Source: a virus. Taken from it: 46,320 bases of DNA. A program made the translations under genes and the position numbers. Shown in pieces: positions 7,739 to 14,057 of the stretch (positions within the stretch are counted from its first letter, which is position 1; each line of letters begins with the position of its first letter). The notes under the pieces were generated by a model that saw only the letters and a list, made by a program, of their open reading frames with translations, had not been told where the DNA came from and did no database searches. The stretch is from the IMG/VR virus record IMGVR_UViG_3300045988_108118; one strand, written 5' to 3'.

Positions 7739-7796
7739 GAAAAAAAGAAAGGGAAAGAGGGAGGAAGGAGTAAGAGAATAGAGAGAGATAGAGATA
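7739..7796 (+). repeat. Homopurine tract: 32 nt of pure A/G at 7739-7770, then purine-rich to 7796.
   Basis: Direct reading: gaaaaaaagaaagggaaagagggaggaaggag, then taagagaatagagagagatagagatag. Confidence 0.9.
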
Positions 7797-7812
7797 GTAT
7801 ATTATATACTAT
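7794..7812. repeat. 19-nt perfect AT-rich palindrome.
   Basis: ATAGTATAT-t-ATATACTAT (9-bp arms). Confidence 0.95.
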
Positions 7813-7960
7813 GGTCTTTTTTATTAAAAATTTAGTTAGAGAGATAATACTATAGGCTGCGGCTGTCGCCAGACCCCCGGCCCCCGGCTCCGTGTTCCAC
7901 CGCATACGACGCGCCGCGACGTTGGAAAAGGACGCAAAAGGCATTTGCTAATTGCCATTT

Positions 7961-8176
7961 ATGCCACAAATACGCTACAATGCCCCTGCAAAGCCCTATA
8001 AACGGCTTGCAATGACCTAGGCATATACTTTTATACCTTGCATATAAAACGCCTTAAAGCGCCTCACAGCCCCATTATAGCGCATATGGCTATATAGTGC
8101 CCTATATTATGCCATCTCCCCTACCCTACCGCGCTATACATGCCCACAAATAACGCTTATATATCCCCTCCCCTGC
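7961..8176 (+). repeat. Imperfect direct repeat (about 30-37 nt) bracketing a patchwork of TATA and GCCC motifs.
   Basis: ATGCCACAAATACGCTACAATGCCCCTGC (7961-7989) versus ATGCCCACAAATAACGCTTATATATCCCCTCCCCTGC (8140-8176). Confidence 0.6.
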
Positions 8177-8193
8177 TAACTCTGAGTTAAACC

Positions 8194-8222
8194 AAAAAAG
8201 AGGGCTGCAAAACAGCCCCTCT
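8194..8222 (-). terminator. Rho-independent terminator ending the minus-strand early block.
   Basis: On the minus strand: AGAGGGGCTG-tttt-GCAGCCCTCT followed by TTTTTT. Confidence 0.8.
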
Positions 8223-8301
8223 AAAATCTATCTTGCGTGGTATCCTTGACCCTTGCCAATGAAAGCGGAATCAAACCAGCGCAAAAGCAATATTGCAAGT
8301 A

Positions 8302-8403
8302 TCAATGCTTTTTGCCCCCTTTGCTGTACAGGTAAACGCCCAACTCGCATAGCCCAGGAACTACCATAAAATATACCAGGATAGCAAATACGCCAGTATA
8401 CAT
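8302..8403 (-). CDS. Possible 33-aa membrane peptide, translationally coupled to the upstream gene.
   Basis: TGATG stop/start overlap with 8403-8795. Translation MYTGVFAILVYFMVVPGLCELGVYLYSKGGKKH. Confidence 0.4.
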   Translation of the reverse strand: MYTGVFAILVYFMVVPGLCELGVYLYSKGGKKH

Positions 8404-8795
8404 CAGCAAATCACCTCGCCCGTTTCAGCGTTCGCCCACGCATTGCCGCTTATCATGGCAACCTTGCCGCCACGTGTAAAGAACCGTTTCAACGCTACAA
8501 TCTCACTACCACTCAGCCCAAGCTCCTGCATTGCCATCGTTACTTGGCGGCTAGTTGTGCGGCTATAATTCATTGCTACATCGGCGTTGCGTGTGCTGAT
8601 TTCATCCACACCAGAAGCGGTTATATGCGCCGTAAAAATGCGGCTTGAATAACTGACCATCGTAAAATAGTCATCCTCTTTCTCGCGTAGCCAGCCAGCT
8701 TGTGCGTACGGCATATAGCGCAGCCTGTTTGCAACCTCAACGCATTTATAAGTCTCATAATATCCGCCGTGGATTTCGTGTGCTGTGTAAGTCAT
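8403..8795 (-). CDS. Hypothetical protein (130 aa).
   Basis: ORF with GGAGG 11 nt upstream. Contains SYSSRI...YSRTTSRQ, a pattern I associate with an uncharacterised phage/plasmid family; this is unverified. Confidence 0.7.
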   Translation of the reverse strand: MTYTAHEIHGGYYETYKCVEVANRLRYMPYAQAGWLREKEDDYFTMVSYSSRIFTAHITASGVDEISTRNADVAMNYSRTTSRQVTMAMQELGLSGSEIVALKRFFTRGGKVAMISGNAWANAETGEVIC

Positions 8796-8821
8796 AATAA
8801 TAAAACCTCCATAAATTGTAT

Positions 8822-9016
8822 TTAGAATTTAATTTTAAAGTAACTTCCAGCGTGATAAATTGTGTCTTTGCGCGGTGCTGCTACTTTCTTTCCATTGTAA
8901 TAGGTCGCTGTCTCTTGACGCTCGGCGCGGTATAAATAAGCGCCGGAGCCGTCCCGCGTGATTCTTCGCGGACTGCTGCAAAACTTGCCAACCGCCCGCC
9001 GCGTTATCATTTCCAT
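8822..9016 (-). CDS. Hypothetical small protein (64 aa).
   Basis: ORF only. The RBS (AAGGGGG) is poorly spaced. Confidence 0.5.
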   Translation of the reverse strand: MEMITRRAVGKFCSSPRRITRDGSGAYLYRAERQETATYYNGKKVAAPRKDTIYHAGSYFKIKF

Positions 9017-9154
9017 TATAAAATATAAAACCCCCTTAAAATGTTTTTGTTTTACTAGATTCTATAATGGATTATAACACACTCTATTCATTTACTACAT
9101 AGACAATTATCTCATAGTTATAGACTATAGTTGCAATTAGTATAATATTATATA

Positions 9155-9340
9155 ATTGCCAGTTTTTCCCAGTTTTCCCACATTTTGACAACGTGTCACA
9201 TTACATTGCATCGCATCACATTTTCCACCACATTTACATATTTACCATATTTTACCATTTATCCCACTTTTTCCCACTATTCCCTATTTTTTCCAGTATT
9301 GCCAGTTTTTCCCATCTTTGCCAGCCATATCCATTTTCCA
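9155..9340 (+). repeat. Array of T-tract/CCCA motifs phased at about 10 bp; predicted intrinsically bent DNA.
   Basis: T-runs start at 9163, 9173, 9183, 9221, 9233, 9241, 9250, 9258, 9268, 9287, 9306, 9317 and 9334. Exact 17-mer attgccagtttttccca occurs at 9155-9171 and 9298-9314. Confidence 0.8.
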
Positions 9341-9356
9341 GTCAATATAATAATTA

Positions 9357-9490
9357 CTATACGATATACGATTGTCTCTATACGATACGATTCGACAACT
9401 CCCCTTCCCTGCTACGATTTACGATACAGCAAAAGCGCTTGCACCACTACGATACAAGCGCCCTGCTATATTCACACACACGATAGAGAC
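9357..9490 (+). repeat. Iteron-like array: 8 same-orientation copies of ACGAT(A/T).
   Basis: Copies at 9361, 9368, 9382, 9387, 9414, 9421, 9449 and 9480. CTATACGATA occurs twice (9357-9366 and 9378-9387). Confidence 0.75.
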
Positions 9491-9493
9491 TAC

Positions 9494-9727
9494 TTAAAAA
9501 CCATTATTCCATGCCGTCCAGCCATAACTTGATAAATCCGCTTTATCCTGCTCTAGCTGCTCTTTGCGCTGCTCTAGCTGTTCTTTTTCGTCCAGCAGAT
9601 TGTAGACTTCATCTGTTCCCTGTTCCGCATATTCCAGCTGTTCTTCAATTTCATCCAGCTTGTAGCCGATATTATCTATTTCTTCGTCAATTCTGTCAAT
9701 CTGTTCCGCCCGCATTGCATAACTCAT
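9494..9727 (-). CDS. Acidic coiled-coil protein (77 aa).
   Basis: RBS GGAAGGAG. Translation EQIDRIDEEIDNIGYKLDEIEEQLEYAEQ... Confidence 0.7.
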   Translation of the reverse strand: MSYAMRAEQIDRIDEEIDNIGYKLDEIEEQLEYAEQGTDEVYNLLDEKEQLEQRKEQLEQDKADLSSYGWTAWNNGF

Positions 9728-9729
9728 AG

Positions 9730-9849
9730 TTAGTATTTTCTCCTTCCGTAGTAGTGTCCGCTATTCCGTTTGTAGCGTCCTTTGTTTACAGGGATATAAC
9801 TCTCTGTCCAGTTGTCGAAAAGTTTCAAACACAAGAAAAGCAAAAACAT
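9730..9849 (-). CDS. Possible 39-aa peptide.
   Basis: ATG lies 8 nt after AAAGAGG. Translation MFLLFLCLKLFDNWTESYIPVNKGRYKRNSGHYYGRRKY. Confidence 0.35.
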   Translation of the reverse strand: MFLLFLCLKLFDNWTESYIPVNKGRYKRNSGHYYGRRKY

Positions 9850-9863
9850 TTATCAAGCCTCTT

Positions 9864-10139
9864 TCAATGGATTAAAAACCGCTTTACTTCCGATACACGT
9901 ACAAAACCATAATACACTGTTGGCAATTCCTGTTTTAGTTTTGCCGCGTCCAGTGTTTCGCGTTTTGCTTTACTTTCCTGTATCTTGTACTCCCCTGCCG
10001 TGAAAGTATTTCCCCCACGTTCTGCAAGTTCATCAAGTAAAAGCGCTTTAATGCGCTCCTGCTGCTTGTTTATTTCCTCTAACTGCCGTTTATTCCGCTT
10101 GTACTCGCTGCACAGTATTTCAATTTCTTTTTCGTTCAT
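9864..10139 (-). CDS. Hypothetical phage protein.
   Basis: ATG at 10139 lies 7 nt after GAGGTG (the ORF track starts at GTG 10154). TAGEYKIQESKAKRETLDAAKLKQELPTVY resembles a recurrent Bacillota phage family. Confidence 0.7.
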   Translation of the reverse strand: MNEKEIEILCSEYKRNKRQLEEINKQQERIKALLLDELAERGGNTFTAGEYKIQESKAKRETLDAAKLKQELPTVYYGFVRVSEVKRFLIH

Positions 10140-10160
10140 TTTTTCGCACCTCACTGTTAG

Positions 10161-10397
10161 TTAAATGTCTGCATGCTCAACGTCTGCGCCATGCTGATAA
10201 TTATATCTAAATTCTTTCATCATGATTTTATCGCCAAAGATATTGATATATGCAAGTCCATCGTCTTGCAGCTTGATTTGTGCCGTGTCAATCTTCTTTC
10301 CTTTTCGGCATACCACAACAGCAAATTCAAAATTGCTCCATGTTCCGCCACAATCCACGATGTCAACTCCATATTTTTTTGCAGTATAGAGGGGCAC
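10161..10397 (-). CDS. Hypothetical protein (78 aa).
   Basis: ORF within a tightly packed operon. Confidence 0.65.
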   Translation of the reverse strand: MPLYTAKKYGVDIVDCGGTWSNFEFAVVVCRKGKKIDTAQIKLQDDGLAYINIFGDKIMMKEFRYNYQHGADVEHADI

Positions 10398-10427
10398 GCG
10401 CCCCCCTATACTTTTGCTGCAAAGTTT

Positions 10428-11273
10428 TCATTTTGCCGCCCCCTTGATAGTTTCAACCATCTTTTCACCACTTGTTAAGTCGCTGTTATTGCAAAGTTCT
10501 TGCATATAAACACAAGCCGCGTATTTATAGTCTTTCTTGACTTTCTGCTCAAACTTTGCTTTCACTTTCTCGTCACATATTGCCACATTGCCATACCCCC
10601 ATGTACTGTAATTCCTTGCTTTCTCGTTGTTAAGGTTAGGCGCGGGGCAAGTCTCGATATACTTAAACCCAAGTCGGCGGAACATGCCCATGTGTGCCAG
10701 CGCAAACGATAGCCGCCCTGCGTCTATGTTCTCGCTTGCCCTCTTTAAGACAATCTCAGGGCAAATAATCAGCTCAGGACTCCCGTCAATCTTGTCTGCA
10801 AAACCAGTGGTAATCTGCACTCTAGTCCCCTGCCGCTCAATTTCCATCACTGCCTGATACAAATAGCGTCCGCACTCCATGTAGCGCTGCCGCTTGACTC
10901 TCGCAGTGACACACATGTCAATAAACAGCGTCAAAACCTTTTGCTTTTGCGGCACTCTGTAAACCTGCCGCATGGAGTCCGGCAATCCCTGCATAGCCCT
11001 TGCTACGTTAGGACTGCCGCCCACATAGTAATTCCGCACTATTGCTTTGTTCGCCGGTGCGCTAAAGTCGTTGCCACAGCTATTGATTGCTGCAATCCCA
11101 CTATCCCATCCATTGACAAACAACTCTGCCGCCTGTTTAAAGTCCTTTGTGCCAGTAAAGTCTTCGCTGTTCGTCTCGCTGTCGTTTTCATTGTGGAAAG
11201 TCTTATTGTTAGGCGCAGTCGTGATAAAGTTGTAAAAGTCCATCATAGTGTTGAATTTTTGAGTGTAGAACAT
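10428..11273 (-). CDS. Partner protein of the AAA_5 ATPase, function unknown.
   Basis: 281-aa ORF that starts directly at the stop of the ATPase gene. No motif recognised. Confidence 0.8.
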   Translation of the reverse strand: MFYTQKFNTMMDFYNFITTAPNNKTFHNENDSETNSEDFTGTKDFKQAAELFVNGWDSGIAAINSCGNDFSAPANKAIVRNYYVGGSPNVARAMQGLPDSMRQVYRVPQKQKVLTLFIDMCVTARVKRQRYMECGRYLYQAVMEIERQGTRVQITTGFADKIDGSPELIICPEIVLKRASENIDAGRLSFALAHMGMFRRLGFKYIETCPAPNLNNEKARNYSTWGYGNVAICDEKVKAKFEQKVKKDYKYAACVYMQELCNNSDLTSGEKMVETIKGAAK

Positions 11274-12533
11274 TTAGAACACTCCCTTCCACGCGTCAGC
11301 GTATTTGTTATTGACGGTCAAGCGCTCGCTAATCATATGCGCAGCGTCTTTGCTCAAGCCCTTTGCAATGCACTGTTTGATACAGCTTGCAGTGTCCAGC
11401 CCGACCGACTCCATAGCGGTGACGTTCTGAACGCAGCGGTACGAAAGAATCATATTCACGCCAACAGCCTTGCAAGCCTTGCGCAAGTCGTAAATAAAAG
11501 CAATCAAGTCTTTGTTACCGTTGGTTACTGCATTGAAAATATCTTTGCTGTAATCAATATCGACCACCGCGAAACGGTCAAGCGTTGCGGCGTCCAGCTG
11601 GTAACGTCCAGTATACTCAGCGTCCGCACCAGTGCCGTAAGTATTGCCCGCGCAGATAAATCGGCAATTTTCGTTTAACTCGACTTTACCGCAAGGAAAG
11701 TCAAAGTATCTGTTTGCAATCGCTGCATTGAGCGCCACAAGCACTTCGGGAATACTTGCGTCCATTTCATCCAGGAAGAACACGCCACCATTGCAGCAGA
11801 AGTCGTAAAACTGTGTCTTGCTGTAATGTCCATTAGCGTCTACAAAGCCGGTGAACTTGTAAATATCCTGCACAGCACCACTAAAATAAAAATCCATGTT
11901 CAGCGCACTTGCGGCACTCTTTGCAATGCTGCTTTTACCAGTACCAGCCGGGCCGCTCATGAATACAGGAACGTTCGCGGTGACGTATTTCAAGATAGTT
12001 TCAAACATTTCATGCTGGACGCCACCAGCAGATTTTTTGCTACCGTCTGGCAACTTTACTACAATTTCCTTTTGCGGCAACTTGCCATACTTTTCAAAGA
12101 TGAAAGTGTCAAGGTCGGCGCACACTTTGTTGAAGACTTGCTCTTCCTTGATTTGCGCCAGCATTGCCAGCGCTGCGCCTGCTGCCGTGAAGTCTGCCGC
12201 CTGATTTGTGGGAATTGCTGCGCTGTTCGGCTTGTGTGCGTCTGCATTGCGGTCAGATTTTGCCGCGCCATGTTCTTCACGCCATTCCGCAATAGCGTCG
12301 TTCAGCTCTTTCAAACAGACAGTCAAGTCATCCTTGACACCGCGCTCAATGACTTCGCCATTGCAAGTGTAGCGGTATTCGTTGGGAACTTTCTCAAACA
12401 TGCGTCCGTCACGGCTGCACATAATGCGCTCAACATACTGTTCCGCACTGTTACCGTTGAGGGCTGCGTCCTTGATGATAGACTTGTCAATGCTATAAGT
12501 GTTCCGCTTGTTTCTGTAAAGAATAATTTCCAT
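11274..12533 (-). CDS. AAA+ ATPase of the AAA_5/MoxR/CobS-like type, with an N-terminal extension of about 190 aa.
   Basis: Walker A is SGPAGTGKSS and Walker B is VFFLDEMD. C-terminal region CAGNTYGTGADAEYTGRYQLDAATLDRF. Confidence 0.9.
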   Translation of the reverse strand: MEIILYRNKRNTYSIDKSIIKDAALNGNSAEQYVERIMCSRDGRMFEKVPNEYRYTCNGEVIERGVKDDLTVCLKELNDAIAEWREEHGAAKSDRNADAHKPNSAAIPTNQAADFTAAGAALAMLAQIKEEQVFNKVCADLDTFIFEKYGKLPQKEIVVKLPDGSKKSAGGVQHEMFETILKYVTANVPVFMSGPAGTGKSSIAKSAASALNMDFYFSGAVQDIYKFTGFVDANGHYSKTQFYDFCCNGGVFFLDEMDASIPEVLVALNAAIANRYFDFPCGKVELNENCRFICAGNTYGTGADAEYTGRYQLDAATLDRFAVVDIDYSKDIFNAVTNGNKDLIAFIYDLRKACKAVGVNMILSYRCVQNVTAMESVGLDTASCIKQCIAKGLSKDAAHMISERLTVNNKYADAWKGVF

Positions 12534-12572
12534 GATTTTTCTCCTATCGTGTGTGTTGTGTGTGTTTTTTGT

Positions 12573-12660
12573 GTTCCCTTGGAACGTCTATATCATATCA
12601 CACCGCAACACGCTTGTCCACAGGATATTTGTTGCAAAACATGCACTTTTGTTGCAACTA
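12573..12660 (-). promoter_or_regulatory. Promoter P3 of the phage-specific class, driving the AAA ATPase operon.
   Basis: On the minus strand: GTTGCAACAAAAGTGCAT .. TTTGCAACAAATATCC .. TGGACA (12615-12620), 17-nt spacer, TATGAT (12592-12597), then GTTCCAAGGGAAC (12573-12585), then a CA-repeat 5' UTR. Confidence 0.6.
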
Positions 12661-12694
12661 TAAGTTAGGCGCATTTTGCCCATATTTTCAAGAT

Positions 12695-12719
12695 GTATTA
12701 TATATATTATATATAATAC
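12695..12719. repeat. 25-nt perfect AT palindrome with 12-bp arms.
   Basis: GTATTATATATA-t-TATATATAATAC, immediately followed by CCCCTACCCCACTACCC. Confidence 0.95.
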
Positions 12720-12764
12720 CCCTACCCCACTACCCATTGTGTTTATATGTTTTAGACTCGTTAC

Positions 12765-12818
12765 GGGGAAAAGAACAAGCCCGGCAGGGGAGTGGAGTAA
12801 ACCACCCGCCCACCGGGC
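12765..12818 (-). terminator. GC-rich hairpin terminator after the 12883-13305 gene.
   Basis: GCCCGG..CCGGGC outer stem with inner GGAGTGG/CCACCC. On the minus strand it is followed by TTGTTCTTTTCC. Confidence 0.6.
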
Positions 12819-12829
12819 CGGTATCTATT

Positions 12830-12885
12830 TTCGATTGCGATTAGCGATTAGCGATTGACTAATTGCGATTTAGCGATTGCGGTTA
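12830..12885 (+). repeat. Heptamer-periodic GCGATT(A/G) array of about 7 units.
   Basis: GCGATT at 12837, 12844, 12851, 12865 and 12873, with degenerate copies at 12832 and 12879. Confidence 0.85.
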
Positions 12886-13305
12886 GTCGCCGAACAGCAT
12901 ATCGACCAGCATCTTTGCGATTTTTTCGCGGGACGGCTTGCCATCCTCTTTGCGATTGCACTCTCCGCAACGCTCTTTCTTTTCCTGCGATTCTTCCGCA
13001 TCCTGCGGTTCATCGTCATTTTCGTCATCGTCATCGCTGTTGATGTTTGCGAGCGCAGCCATTGCGCGAGGGTCGTTTGCAAGGTTCTTTGCGATAAAGG
13101 CAACCTCACGCATAGAAACGCCAGCCTTGTCACACATGATAAGACACATGCCGAGAATGTCGGCATTAGTACCCTTCATGCTACTGAAACCAATGAGTGC
13201 GCCATCGTCGTTTGCATTGTTGTTGAGGATGTGAATTACACCCTTGAAATCATCGTGCTCCGCAAAAAAGTCTTTGCAAACCTTAGAAAATTCATTGATA
13301 GTCAT
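12883..13305 (-). CDS. Acidic protein (140 aa) with a poly-Asp/Glu tail; candidate host-interference protein.
   Basis: RBS AAAGGAG. C-terminal region NSDDDDENDDEPQDAEESQE... Confidence 0.75.
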   Translation of the reverse strand: MTINEFSKVCKDFFAEHDDFKGVIHILNNNANDDGALIGFSSMKGTNADILGMCLIMCDKAGVSMREVAFIAKNLANDPRAMAALANINSDDDDENDDEPQDAEESQEKKERCGECNRKEDGKPSREKIAKMLVDMLFGD

Positions 13306-13380
13306 AAAACAAAATCTCCTTTTATTTTGTTCACAGCGATAAGGTTTTCAAGCGATTTGCTTGTTTCCTGCTGTGCTTTT

Positions 13381-13409
13381 ACTATATCACATTCGATTGC
13401 GATTGTCAA
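13381..13409 (-). promoter_or_regulatory. Near-consensus promoter whose spacer is the AATCGCAATCGAA repeat.
   Basis: On the minus strand: TTGACA (13404-13409), 17-nt spacer atcgcaatcgaatgtga, TATAGT (13381-13386) with a TG extension. Confidence 0.7.
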
Positions 13410-13418
13410 TAGGGAATT

Positions 13419-14057
13419 TCAAATTTCTTTCGATTCTCCCTCGATTGTTTTGCCGGACTTGTAATCTTCCAGCATCTTGTCGAGTTCGGCATTGCTTGCA
13501 GTTGCCACGGGATTGTTTGCGGTGGAAATCTGAATCTCTTGTTTTGCAGACCAGCCACCGCCGTTGTTCATCATTCCAACATACAGCAGGGGCGGCATCT
13601 TGCCGGACAATCCTAATTGCGATTTAATTGCCATGAAATCATTCTTAGCTTTCTGCACAAGTTCAGACGCAGACACATAGATTTCATCACCGTTGCCGTC
13701 AATCACGGATTCTTTGCGCATCTTTGTCGATTGAATATAATCCATCTGCGAGCGAGTCATGCCGACGAAACTACACCAACCCAGATAATCTGGAATTAGA
13801 TAAGTGTCGCTGTCGTAAATGTACTTTAAGTATTCAATCTCCCAGTCGAGAACTTTTTGCGCAGTGACTTGCGATGGCTGTTTCACTGTGATTGCTAGAC
13901 CTTGCAGCAGCGCACGGATGTTGCCTTTATCTTCCACAGATTCCGGCGGTGTCTTCCCTTGCATGAAACGTTGTTTGGCTAACACCAAGTTACCATCTTC
14001 ATTGCGATAGACCTGTGTTTCCTTGGGCTTGTTTTTTGCCCCTTTAGTCCTCGCCAT
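13419..14057 (-). CDS. Terminase-small-subunit-like DNA-binding protein.
   Basis: MARTKGAKNKPKE...IPDYLGWCSFVGMTRSQMDYI...LLYVGMMNNGGGWSAKQEIQI follows the TerS pattern seen in Bacillota phages. The ORF-track start at 14087 is less likely. Confidence 0.6.
   Translation of the reverse strand: MARTKGAKNKPKETQVYRNEDGNLVLAKQRFMQGKTPPESVEDKGNIRALLQGLAITVKQPSQVTAQKVLDWEIEYLKYIYDSDTYLIPDYLGWCSFVGMTRSQMDYIQSTKMRKESVIDGNGDEIYVSASELVQKAKNDFMAIKSQLGLSGKMPPLLYVGMMNNGGGWSAKQEIQISTANNPVATASNAELDKMLEDYKSGKTIEGESKEI

Noticed and set aside
7729-7944. 71-aa minus-strand ORF.
   Set aside because: It is produced by the complement of the homopurine tract (poly L/S/F/P). It has no RBS.
7960-9490. CRISPR-like array.
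   Set aside because: The repeats are short (6-17 nt), irregularly spaced and not separated by unique spacers of uniform length. No cas genes are present.
9185-9532. 115-aa and 97-aa plus-strand ORFs in the repeat region.
   Set aside because: The translations are runs of F/T/Y/H/I/P generated by the T-tract/CCCA repeats. There is no RBS, so I read this as non-coding repeat DNA.
10941-12668. 245-aa and 280-aa plus-strand ORFs.
   Set aside because: They lie antisense to the AAA_5 ATPase gene and its partner. They have no RBS and no motifs, whereas the minus-strand frames carry Walker motifs.
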